The notes below the pieces were generated by a model. It had not been told where the DNA came from. It worked only from the letters and a program-made list of their open reading frames with translations, and made no database searches. DNA of 64,000 nucleotides. It comes from Candidatus Cloacimonadales bacterium (lineage in GTDB: Bacteria > Cloacimonadota > Cloacimonadia > Cloacimonadales > JAIOQZ01). Shown here one piece after another: positions 42,266 to 51,021 of the stretch (its first letter is position 1; each line of letters opens with the position of its first letter). The stretch is from positions 1,440,001-1,504,000 of the forward strand of contig OY762463.1 of the NCBI GenBank assembly GCA_963665815.1. Direction: 5' to 3'. A program made the position numbers and the translations under genes.

Positions 42266-43338
42266 AACCTTGCGAATGGTTGATAAACCTTCGCAATGGT
42301 TGCCAAGTGAAGCAGAATCTCACCATTCGCATGGTCAAAAGACCATTGCGAGGGTGGAAGAAAAAATCTTGCGTTTTTACACAGTCTGTCAGTCTATTTT
42401 GTTACCTGTGTCACGTTTGTACAAATCATTGACAAGTGTGCAAATATGACAAGAATATAAACATGAAACTATGGTATAATCCCGAACTTAAATCTTATAA
42501 TCGAAATTGATGATTCCGATTACAAAGATTAAGACCTTGCGAATGGTTGATAAACCTTCGCAATGGTTGCCAAGTGAAGCAGAACCTCACCATTCGCAAG
42601 GTCAAAAGACCATTGCGAAGGTGGAAAAAAACCTTGCGTTTTTTACACAGTTTGTCTGTCTACTTTGTTACCTATGTCCTGGGTTTGAGCATTGTATTGA
42701 TACACACCCCGTCCACCTTCGGTGTCCACCCCTCTTGATAGATGGGAGTTACGACGCTCATGCGTCGATTGGGATTTATGTAGTCCTTAAATCCTGTAGA
42801 TCATGGTTCATAATATTTATTGAGACAACCGTCCGGTTGCCTCTTAGCGATTGGCAGAGCTGCTGAGTATATGAACACCGTAGAGAGGTAGCATGCAACG
42901 TCTAAGGTTAGGAGACACAAAATATTGTGTCTCTACACAGCAGGTGATGCCTTACAGTTTTTGCAGACTATGTAAAAACGATTTATGATATGAAATTACT
43001 TTTTTGACGCAGGTTTTCCCGATTCTTCGTGACTCAACCAGCTTAAGCTACTGATAAAGATAGAGATGTATGCTCCCTGAGCGGAGTCGAAGGGGATTAG
43101 TTTTAAGTGAATGAGACGACAAAAATCAATTGCTCCCTGAGATACAAAACATTGCATTGCTAAAAAAATTCTCCTCCCCGTAGTGTTTCGATTTACCGAG
43201 AATACCAGAAACAAGTGGAGGAGTACTCTGCTTGTGGTGGGAGGTAATTGATATCACAATTTGATTATGTGTTACCCATATCCTCGGTTTGTGCACAAAA
43301 TCATTGACACGACTAATCTAATTTATGAACTCATAAAC

Positions 43339-43554
43339 ATGAAACTATGGTATAATCCCGAACTTAAAGAAAAAGCAAAGGTGTTGAGAAGTAATTCAAC
43401 GTTGGCAGAAGTACTTTTCTGGAATCAGTTAAGGGACAAGAAATTAGGGTATGATTTTCACCGACAGAAACCAATCGACTATTATATTGTGGATTTCTAT
43501 TGCCCAAAGCTGAATCTTATAATTGAAATTGACGATTCCGATTATAAAGATTAA
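43339..43554 (+). pseudogene. Truncated DUF559 gene, copy 2
   Basis: Near-identical to 42050-42265 with the same truncation point. Confidence 0.8.
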
Positions 43555-44035
43555 AACCTTGCGAATGGTTGATAAACCTTCGCAATGGTTGCCAAGTGAA
43601 GCAGAATCTCACCATTCGCAAGGTCAAAAGACCATTGCGAAGGTGGAAGAAAAAATCTTGCGTTTTTTACACAGTCTGTCAGTCTATTTTGTTACCCATG
43701 TCCTCGGTTGATACCGAGGCTTTTGCGTCGATTGGGGATCAGGAAATCCTTGAATCCTGTATATCATGGTTCATAATATTTATTGAGACAACCGTCCGGT
43801 TGTCTCTACGCGGTTGGCAGAGCTGCTGAGTATGTGAACACCGTAGAGAGGTAGCATGCAACGTCTGAGGTTAGGAGACACAAAATATTGTGTCTCTACA
43901 CAGCAGGTGATGCCTTACAGTTCTTCCAGACAGCAGATTGCTGACAGACAACAAACGAAAATATTTTTATATCTTGAGTTCAATAATTAAGTTGACAAAT
44001 ATTCTTATAACTGTATTTATTTACATGGAAATATG

Positions 44036-44221
44036 TTATTAGAAGCAACTCGATGTCGAGTACTCGACTTCTCCGTTTGGTTAAAGAAGATGACTATTGC
44101 ATTTCTTGTAATTAACTTGAACATTCAATTGAGCCTTAAACCAATTAAAAATGAAGGAGTTTCTATGATGAACAATACAAAAAAAGTTGAAGCATTAACG
44201 AAGTCGAGTCGCTTGTAGTAA
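44036..44221 (+). ncRNA. Candidate structured RNA/leader upstream of the DUF3800 gene
   Basis: ACTCGACTTC (44062-44071) is perfectly complementary to GAAGTCGAGT (44200-44209). Alternative 18-nt pairing 44036-44053/44204-44221. Perfect palindrome GTCGAGTACTCGAC at 44055-44068. TTGACA at 43992. Confidence 0.35.
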
Positions 44222-44250
44222 TTAATAATTATAGAGAATGAGGTGTTTTA

Positions 44251-45468
44251 GTGAATCATCAGACAATTGAATCAGCAACTGAAAAGGCAAAACATATTTA
44301 TATTGATGAATTTGGGAACAATGGATTTGATTTCGAAAAGCAAGGAGTATCAACGCATTTTATTCTAACTTCAATAATTGTAAATCCTGAGGATGTGGAT
44401 GAGATTAGTCAATCTTCAGAAGAAATACGAGAAGGTCTACATCTTAAGGATGAACTGAAATTTAGTAGCTTTAAAAAGAAGTTTCACAATCAGCAAATTT
44501 TCAACGAAAAATTATTAGGCATATGTAATACTCTTAAACGGCTAAATCTGCAGATAATATGCTTTGTTTTTGACAAGAGAAAGATTTTTGAAGATTCTCC
44601 TATAAGGAACTATAAAAAAACGTTTTATAAGTTCTTGAACAGTAAATTGTATGATGAACTCTGGTCAAGGTTCCAGTCCTTGAGGATTGAAGCAGACGAG
44701 CATGGCTCTAGAGATTTCATGGATGAGTTTAAAAACTATTTCCATAAAAAGTCTGGAATTTCACAAGATGATCTTTTTTGTCCTTATGAGTTTAGATTCA
44801 GGAATAGTATAGATAGTCCTTTAGTACAATTAGCTGATTTCGTTGCAGGTTTGTTTTCTATTGGATTTGATGAGAAAGCAAAGCTTGATATTTATGAAAG
44901 CTGTTTTGCTTTGATTGAAGAAAAAGTGATTACAATTGAGGAATGGCCTTATAGTTATGAGAAACTTATTGATAAGAAAGTTAACTTATTAAATTCATCA
45001 GAAATTAACCGCACGATTTCTGTTGGAAGTATACGAAAATGCAGGAACTATATTTCTGATAATATTGAAAGCAATGAAGAATACTGTGTTGAAAGAATGA
45101 TTGTTCTGAAAAGATTGCTTTGGGAATTCAGAAATAACATAAAAGCAAAATACTTAACATCCAGTGATCTAATCGAGTGTATCGCCGAACAGACAGGCAA
45201 AAGGTTCACAAAACATGAGTTTATGCATTATATTATCGGTCATCTTAGGGATTCTGAAGTTATAATTTCTAGCAGCGAACAAGGATATAAAATTCCGACA
45301 AATGAAGCTGATATATATTCATATGTAAATAGATCATTTAGTAATATTGATCCAATGATGAATAGACTAAAAGTTTGTAGGAAAGAAATCCTTAAGCTTA
45401 CAGGTGGTGAATTAGATATACTTAGCCAAGAGAAATTTGATAATATCAGAAGGTATCTTAATTTGTAG
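44251..45468 (+). CDS. DUF3800 domain protein (RNase H-like) with a C-terminal winged-HTH-like extension
   Basis: IYIDEFG, HFILTSIIV, ELKFS, ADEHG, SPLVQLADFVAG; C-terminal LTSSDL...IIGHLRDSEVIISSSEQGYKIP. GTG start after GAGG. Confidence 0.8.
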   Translation: MNHQTIESATEKAKHIYIDEFGNNGFDFEKQGVSTHFILTSIIVNPEDVDEISQSSEEIREGLHLKDELKFSSFKKKFHNQQIFNEKLLGICNTLKRLNLQIICFVFDKRKIFEDSPIRNYKKTFYKFLNSKLYDELWSRFQSLRIEADEHGSRDFMDEFKNYFHKKSGISQDDLFCPYEFRFRNSIDSPLVQLADFVAGLFSIGFDEKAKLDIYESCFALIEEKVITIEEWPYSYEKLIDKKVNLLNSSEINRTISVGSIRKCRNYISDNIESNEEYCVERMIVLKRLLWEFRNNIKAKYLTSSDLIECIAEQTGKRFTKHEFMHYIIGHLRDSEVIISSSEQGYKIPTNEADIYSYVNRSFSNIDPMMNRLKVCRKEILKLTGGELDILSQEKFDNIRRYLNL

Positions 45469-45658
45469 ACTCAGCCTCAAGTTACCCTCGGCTAACATTC
45501 AGCCCTTGTCTCAAGCCAAAATACAGCCATAACACACTTTATAATCACCATTGATTTATACCCCGAAAAAAGGTGCAAAAAAACTAATATTTAGCTTGAC
45601 TTTAAAATCGACCCAAAAATATTGATATAAAAATATTGAATTGGAAGGAACTGAATTA

Positions 45659-46303
45659 ATGATGAATGATTCTGTTTCATTGTATACTATACGTCGTTTA
45701 CCGTTATACCTTGAATTTTTAAAAGAACTCAAAGCAGCCGATGTGGAATTTACCTCGGCTTCAGAAATAGCACGCAATTTAAAAATATATCCTACTCAGG
45801 TCAGAAAAGACCTTACTATCGCAGGACTCACAGGAAAACCAAGAGTCGGTCACAAAGTTGACGAGTCAATCATTTTAATCGAAGAATTCTTAGGCTGGGA
45901 TCACTCTCTCAATACTGTCGTGGTTGGAGCAGGTAATCTTGCCAGAGCGCTGCTGCGTTATCACGATATGAATGTGACAGGCTTAAGTATCAAGGCTCTT
46001 ACAGATAACGATCCTGCTAAATTCGGAACTCACGTAAAAGGGCTCAAAGTCTATTCAAATGATGACCTCGCAAAAATCCGCGATGAATTTGATATTCAGG
46101 TGGGAATAATTGCTACTCCTGCATCCGAAGCACAGAATGCAGCGGATATGCTTATCGAAAACAAGATTACTACTCTGTGGAACTTCACTACCGTCCGCAT
46201 CAAAGTGCCGGAAAATGTATTTGTGGAGCAGACTTGTCTGTACTGCAACATGGCAGTGGTGACCTACCATCATAACAAAAGAAATTTGATAGAATACAAA
46301 TAA
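45659..46303 (+). CDS. rex: Redox-sensing transcriptional repressor Rex
   Basis: TIRRLPLY, QVRKDL, VVVGAGNLA.AL, LWNFT. Confidence 0.92.
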   Translation: MMNDSVSLYTIRRLPLYLEFLKELKAADVEFTSASEIARNLKIYPTQVRKDLTIAGLTGKPRVGHKVDESIILIEEFLGWDHSLNTVVVGAGNLARALLRYHDMNVTGLSIKALTDNDPAKFGTHVKGLKVYSNDDLAKIRDEFDIQVGIIATPASEAQNAADMLIENKITTLWNFTTVRIKVPENVFVEQTCLYCNMAVVTYHHNKRNLIEYK

Positions 46304-46336
46304 AAAAACAAAACCAAAATTATTTGGAGGAATTGG

Positions 46337-46699
46337 ATGAAAAAACTCGAAGAATTACGTAAGATCAGAGAAAAAGCTCAACAAAACATGGCTTTAAGAA
46401 ACGCTGATCACCGTGTAAAGATTGTTGTTTCCATGGGAACATCCGGAATCGCAATGGGTGCCCGTCAGGTAATGAAAGCATTCCTGGAAGCTATCCAGGC
46501 AAAAGGACTTACTGATGTTGTTGTAACACAGACAGGAGAAAAAGGAATTTCCTCAATGGAACCTGTAGTAGATGTATACGTAAAAGACATGCCTCAAGTC
46601 ACATACGGATACATGAACCCTGAAAAAGTTGCTGAAGTAATGGAAAAACACATCATCGGTGGAGAAGTTGTAGCAGAATATGTTGCTGCAGCAGAATAA
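46337..46699 (+). CDS. hndB: HndB-like thioredoxin-fold hydrogenase subunit, cysteine-free
   Basis: VSMGTSGIAMGAR (cf. VGMATCGIAAGA), QTGEKGISSMEP (cf. TGCIGMC..EP), EKHIIGGEVV; no Cys in 120 aa. Confidence 0.8.
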   Translation: MKKLEELRKIREKAQQNMALRNADHRVKIVVSMGTSGIAMGARQVMKAFLEAIQAKGLTDVVVTQTGEKGISSMEPVVDVYVKDMPQVTYGYMNPEKVAEVMEKHIIGGEVVAEYVAAAE

Positions 46700-46732
46700 G
46701 AAGGAACTCAAAAAATAATATAAGGAGAAATT

Positions 46733-47188
46733 ATGTACGATAAGATTTTCGAAAAGTACGAAGCTGTAAAATCTAATCTGATTTACATCCTGCATGATAT
46801 CCAGGATCAGCATCCTCAGCATTATATTTCAGAAGAAGCTGTTGCCGCTGTATCTAACTATCTCAATGTACCGGAAAGTCACATTTTCGGTGTTCTTACA
46901 TTCTACACAATGTACTCAACAAAACCAAGAGGAAAGAACATTATCCGTTTATGTGAATCTCCTCCATGCTGGCTTAAAGGTTCAGACGCTGTTCACAAAA
47001 CACTCAAAGATTATCTTGGAGTAAAAACAGGCGAAACAACTCAAGACGGTGAATTCACTCTTGAACTTTGCGCATGCCTCGGTGTTTGCGGTAACGCTCC
47101 TGTAATGATGGTGAACGAAGATGTTTACGGTGACCTTACTCCTGACAGAGTTAAAAAGATCATCGATGAAATCAGAGGAGGCGAATAA
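46733..47188 (+). CDS. hndA: NuoE-like [2Fe-2S] hydrogenase subunit (HndA/HydC)
   Basis: TFYTMY, CESPPC, CLGVCGNAP. Confidence 0.9.
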   Translation: MYDKIFEKYEAVKSNLIYILHDIQDQHPQHYISEEAVAAVSNYLNVPESHIFGVLTFYTMYSTKPRGKNIIRLCESPPCWLKGSDAVHKTLKDYLGVKTGETTQDGEFTLELCACLGVCGNAPVMMVNEDVYGDLTPDRVKKIIDEIRGGE

Positions 47189-48750
47189 TGAAAACTACAC
47201 GCACTCACATTTTATTCGGTATGGACGATGCTAGTATTGCTGCAGGAACAAGTGCTGTTCAAGCTGCAATCAAAGCTGAAATAGAAAAAAACGGTCTTCA
47301 GGAAGAAGTAGAAGTACTTGAAACCGGTTCACTTAATTTCTTCGATAAAGGCGTGAACTGTGTTGTTTATCCTGACAACGTTACATATATTAACCTCAAA
47401 TTAGAAGATGCTGAAGAACTCGTAAGAGAGCACTTTGTAAAAGGTCGTCCTGTAAAAAGACTCCTTATGACAGCTCCTGAAAAAGTTCAGATTGACATGA
47501 ACTACGACACAAGAATCGTTCTCAAAAATTCAGGTATTATTGATCCTGAAAACATTGAAGAATATCTTGGAGCAGGCGGTTACATTGCATGGGAAAAAGC
47601 ACTTCTTAATATGAAGCCAATGGCTATCATTGATGAAGTTAAGAAATCAGGTCTGAGAGGACGTGGTGGAGCCGGATTCCCTGCGGGACTCAAATGGAGT
47701 TTCACAGCACCAATCGAAGCTGAACAAAAATTATTTGTTATCAATGCTGACGAAGGTGAACCGGGAACTTTCAAAGATCGTCTTATTATGGAAGGTGATC
47801 CTCATAAACTTCTTGAAGGTATTATGATCGGATCATATGCTGTTGGCGCAACCAAAGCTTACATATATATTCGCGGTGAATACAAATTATGTATAAACCG
47901 TTTGAATAAAGCGATCGAGCAGGCTCGCGAATATGGCCTCCTTGGAGAAAATATCTTCGAATCAGGATTTAATCTTGACATAGAAGTGATGATTGGCGCA
48001 GGTGCTTATGTATGCGGTGAAGAAACTGCATTGATTGAATCTATGGAAGGAAATCGTGGAAACCCACGTTCCAAGCCACCTTTCCCAGGCGTTAAAGGTG
48101 CTTGGCAAAAGCCTACAGTTGTCAACAACGTGGAAACTATAGCTAATGTTCCTGCGATCATTAACAATGGCGGCGAGTGGTATGCTAAACTCGGAACCGA
48201 AAAATCAACCGGTACAAAAGTATACACCATACTCGGTGATGTTGAAATGCCAGGTCTTACAGAAGTAGAAATGGGTACACCATTACGTAAGATCATCAAC
48301 GAGTACGGCGGTGGAATGAAAGACGGCAAGAAATTCAAAGCCGCTCTTATCGGTGGTAGTGCAGGCGTTATCCTTAACGAAGACCTTGTTAACGTTAAGA
48401 TGGACTATGAAAGTCTTGGAGACAACGCAGCTGTTCTTGGTTCCGGAGCTATTCTTGTAATGAATGAAGATGTTCCAATGGTAGAAATGCTTGCATCTAT
48501 TATTCATTTCTTCGAGCATGAGTCATGCGGTAAATGTCGTCCATGTGCACTCGGTACAAAACAGCTCGAAAAACTGATCAAGAAAGTTCAGAAAGGTGAA
48601 GCTACAGTTGAAGATTTAGACTACATGATTACTCTTTCAGAGATAATGCAGCAGTCTTCCTTCTGTGCATTAGGTCAATCATTAATCATGCCGGTAAAAA
48701 GCGCTATTGAGAACTTCCGGGATGAATTTTTAGCAAGAATTGAAAAATAG
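47188..48750 (+). CDS. hndC: NuoF-like FMN/NAD(H)-binding hydrogenase subunit (HndC/HydB), short form
   Basis: GLRGRGGAGFP, NADEGEPGTFKDR, GAYVCGEE, ESCGKCRPC...C. No C-terminal 2x[4Fe-4S] domain. Confidence 0.92.
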   Translation: MKTTRTHILFGMDDASIAAGTSAVQAAIKAEIEKNGLQEEVEVLETGSLNFFDKGVNCVVYPDNVTYINLKLEDAEELVREHFVKGRPVKRLLMTAPEKVQIDMNYDTRIVLKNSGIIDPENIEEYLGAGGYIAWEKALLNMKPMAIIDEVKKSGLRGRGGAGFPAGLKWSFTAPIEAEQKLFVINADEGEPGTFKDRLIMEGDPHKLLEGIMIGSYAVGATKAYIYIRGEYKLCINRLNKAIEQAREYGLLGENIFESGFNLDIEVMIGAGAYVCGEETALIESMEGNRGNPRSKPPFPGVKGAWQKPTVVNNVETIANVPAIINNGGEWYAKLGTEKSTGTKVYTILGDVEMPGLTEVEMGTPLRKIINEYGGGMKDGKKFKAALIGGSAGVILNEDLVNVKMDYESLGDNAAVLGSGAILVMNEDVPMVEMLASIIHFFEHESCGKCRPCALGTKQLEKLIKKVQKGEATVEDLDYMITLSEIMQQSSFCALGQSLIMPVKSAIENFRDEFLARIEK

Positions 48751-48766
48751 TAAACGGAGGTTATAA

Positions 48767-50560
48767 ATGAGTAATGTTAAACTTATGATTAACAACATTG
48801 AGGTAGAAGTACCTCAAGGTACAACGTTAATCCAGGCTGCGAAGAAAGCAGGTTACAAGGTTCCTACATTATGTTACCACCCAGACTGGAAACCGACTTC
48901 AGCATGTGGTGTTTGTATTGTAGATATCGAAGGCTCTCCAGTCCCAAAAAGAGCTTGTTCAACAGAAGTTTGGGAAGGAATGAAAGTAACCACAAACAGC
49001 AAAAAACTCCGTGAAGCAAGAAAAACTCTCATTGAACTTATACTTGCAAATCACGATGTTACATGTCCTACATGTGTTGCGAATGGTAAATGTGAATTAC
49101 AGGAAATCGCTTATACATTAGATATCGATCCTGAAGCTGTTCCTAGCATGCTTAAAAAAGTTCCTGTTGATCATTCTTCAGTTTCCATAATCAGAGACGT
49201 AAACAAATGTATCAACTGTGGACGCTGTGTTCAGGTTTGTTCAGATGGTCAGACAGTTAATGCACTGACATTCTCAAATCGTGGATTCGAAACAAAAATC
49301 GATACAGCTTTAAGCCTTGGTATGGCTAACTCTGTATGTGTTAATTGTGGTCAGTGTACAGTATACTGCCCAACAGGCGCATTACATGAAAAAGACGATA
49401 CAGCAAAAGTATGGGATGCTCTTCTTGATCCTACAAAACACGTTGTAGTACAGGAAGCTCCATCTATCCGTGCATCACTCGGTGAAGAATTCGGAATGGA
49501 ATTTGGTGAAGTAAATATTGGTAAAATGTATGCAGCACTTAAGAGACTTGGTTTCGACGGTGTATTCGATACAAACTTTACTGCTGACCTTACAATCATC
49601 GAAGAAGGTTCAGAAGTTGTTGATCGTGTTGTTAATGGTGGTCCATTACCATGTATAACATCATGTTCACCAGGCTGGGTAAAATTCATGGAAACATTCT
49701 TCCCTGATCTTGCACACCATGTATCAACTGCAAAGTCACCTCAGCAAATGATGGGTACTCTTGCAAAAACATACTATGCTGAACAAAAAAGTATTGATGC
49801 AAAAGATATAGTATCTGTATCAATCATGCCTTGTACAGCTAAGAAATTCGAAGCTCAAAGAGATGAAATGTCTGATTCTAAATATCAAGACGTAGATTAC
49901 GTTCTTACAACAAGAGAATTAATCAGAATGATTCACGAAGCAGGTATGGATTTCAAAAACCTTCCTGAAGAAGAACCATATTATGAACTTTCACATCACA
50001 CTGGTGCCGGAACTATTTTTGGTGCTACAGGTGGTGTTATGGAAGCTGCACTGCGTTCAGTATACTGGCTGGTAAATAAAAAAGACCTTGGTGATGTAGA
50101 AATAACACCTGTTCGTGGTCTTAAAGGTATCAAAGAAGCTGAAGTTGCTCTCACACCAGACCTTACTGTTAAAGTTGCAGTTGCTCACGGACTTGGAAAT
50201 GCAAGAAAACTCATGGAAAAAGTTCAAAAGCAAATCAAAGAAACAGGTAAGAGCGAATATACATTCATCGAAATCATGGCTTGCCCTGGTGGATGTGTTG
50301 GCGGTGGTGGACAACCATTCGGTAACTCAATGGCTGACCGTGCACGCCGTGGAGAAAGACTGTATGAAGATGATAGAAATCTTCCTGCAAGATGCTCACA
50401 CCATAACGAAGCTGTAATGGGACTCTATGGCGAAGGTAACTTCCTTCCTGAAGGTCCTGGTGGTCATAAAGCTCACCATCTGCTTCATACTCACTATTAC
50501 TCAAGAGAAAAATTCAAGGGTCAAATAGTTGAGCAAGTTACAGGTAAAGATCATCACTAA
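48767..50560 (+). CDS. hndD: [FeFe]-hydrogenase catalytic subunit, group A (HndD/HydA)
   Basis: H-cluster motifs TSCSPGW, MPCTAKKFE, EIMACPGGCVGGGGQP; N-terminal [2Fe-2S], His-ligated and 2x[4Fe-4S] domains. Confidence 0.95.
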   Translation: MSNVKLMINNIEVEVPQGTTLIQAAKKAGYKVPTLCYHPDWKPTSACGVCIVDIEGSPVPKRACSTEVWEGMKVTTNSKKLREARKTLIELILANHDVTCPTCVANGKCELQEIAYTLDIDPEAVPSMLKKVPVDHSSVSIIRDVNKCINCGRCVQVCSDGQTVNALTFSNRGFETKIDTALSLGMANSVCVNCGQCTVYCPTGALHEKDDTAKVWDALLDPTKHVVVQEAPSIRASLGEEFGMEFGEVNIGKMYAALKRLGFDGVFDTNFTADLTIIEEGSEVVDRVVNGGPLPCITSCSPGWVKFMETFFPDLAHHVSTAKSPQQMMGTLAKTYYAEQKSIDAKDIVSVSIMPCTAKKFEAQRDEMSDSKYQDVDYVLTTRELIRMIHEAGMDFKNLPEEEPYYELSHHTGAGTIFGATGGVMEAALRSVYWLVNKKDLGDVEITPVRGLKGIKEAEVALTPDLTVKVAVAHGLGNARKLMEKVQKQIKETGKSEYTFIEIMACPGGCVGGGGQPFGNSMADRARRGERLYEDDRNLPARCSHHNEAVMGLYGEGNFLPEGPGGHKAHHLLHTHYYSREKFKGQIVEQVTGKDHH

Positions 50561-50614
50561 ATAAAAATTTTGCGAAGGACAAAATTTAATATTAAAAATT
50601 TATATAATTAAATG

Positions 50615-50756
50615 TTGTCTGACTGTAATAATTTAGTATAATATAGAAAAAGAATTTATTACTATCCTGAGATGAAGGAGTAAATCTAACATTCAGGGAT
50701 GGGGAGATAGATACTATTATAACCTCCGTGTCCCTGTGTGGACCGGAGGTTTTTTC
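50615..50756 (+). promoter_or_regulatory. Promoter and attenuator-like leader of the hydrogenase maturation operon
   Basis: TTGTCT-16-TATAAT (50615-50642). Hairpin AACCTCCG-T-GTCC-CTGTGT-GGAC-CGGAGGTT plus U-tract masks the GGAGG RBS. Competing antiterminator pairing 50696-50706/50724-50734. Confidence 0.6.
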
Positions 50757-51005
50757 GTGAAAAGAATACATAATATTTCTATAACAGTTTATGAACGTGA
50801 AACAGCGTACAAACAGGTAAATACTATTTTACACGACTACGCAGAGGAACTTTTACTGCGTGTGGGGTATCCGGTTAAAGACCGTGATATAGCAATTATT
50901 TTTCTCGTTGCAGAAATGACAACTGACGAACTCGGAGCACTGACAGGAAAATTGGGTCAGATTAAATCCGTGAAAGTCAAATCAACAACTTTAAAAACAA
51001 ATTAA
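50757..51005 (+). CDS. TM1266-family iron-only hydrogenase system putative regulator
   Basis: GTG start at 50757; ISITVYERE...VNTILHDY...RVGYP...LGALTGKLGQI..VKVK. Confidence 0.88.
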   Translation: MKRIHNISITVYERETAYKQVNTILHDYAEELLLRVGYPVKDRDIAIIFLVAEMTTDELGALTGKLGQIKSVKVKSTTLKTN

Positions 51006-51021
51006 AAATACAGAGGTAATT

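Larger units (their letters stand above)
41880..43922. repeat. Mosaic tandem duplication/triplication of a DUF559 remnant with several REP-like palindrome families
   Basis: 41880-42405 matches 43168-43700; 42458-42675 is an internally deleted third copy; 42761-42958 matches 43724-43921. Confidence 0.9.

Noticed and set aside
42266-43645. Short recurring palindromes as a CRISPR array
   Set aside because: No regular repeat-spacer periodicity, the intervening sequences are themselves duplicated, and there are no cas genes.
42240-43829. Track ORFs 42240-42449, 42507-42866, 42547-42738, 43523-43711, 43569-43829
   Set aside because: They read through REP palindromes in duplicated non-coding DNA, with no RBS or recognisable domain.
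44036-44221. Retron msr-msd (a1/a2 inverted repeats) or DGR template
   Set aside because: No reverse transcriptase (no YADD-type motif) nearby, and no adenine-specific variable repeat pair.
45590-45645. Rex operator upstream of rex-hnd
   Set aside because: Only an AT-rich AAAAATATTGA direct repeat; no convincing TTGTGAA-n4-TTCACAA box.
50660-50710. Canonical TPP or SAM-I riboswitch
   Set aside because: Only fragments match (CTGAGA, AGGGA; ATC..GAG, GAT). The conserved cores are missing and the element is too short, so it is kept only as an unclassified candidate.
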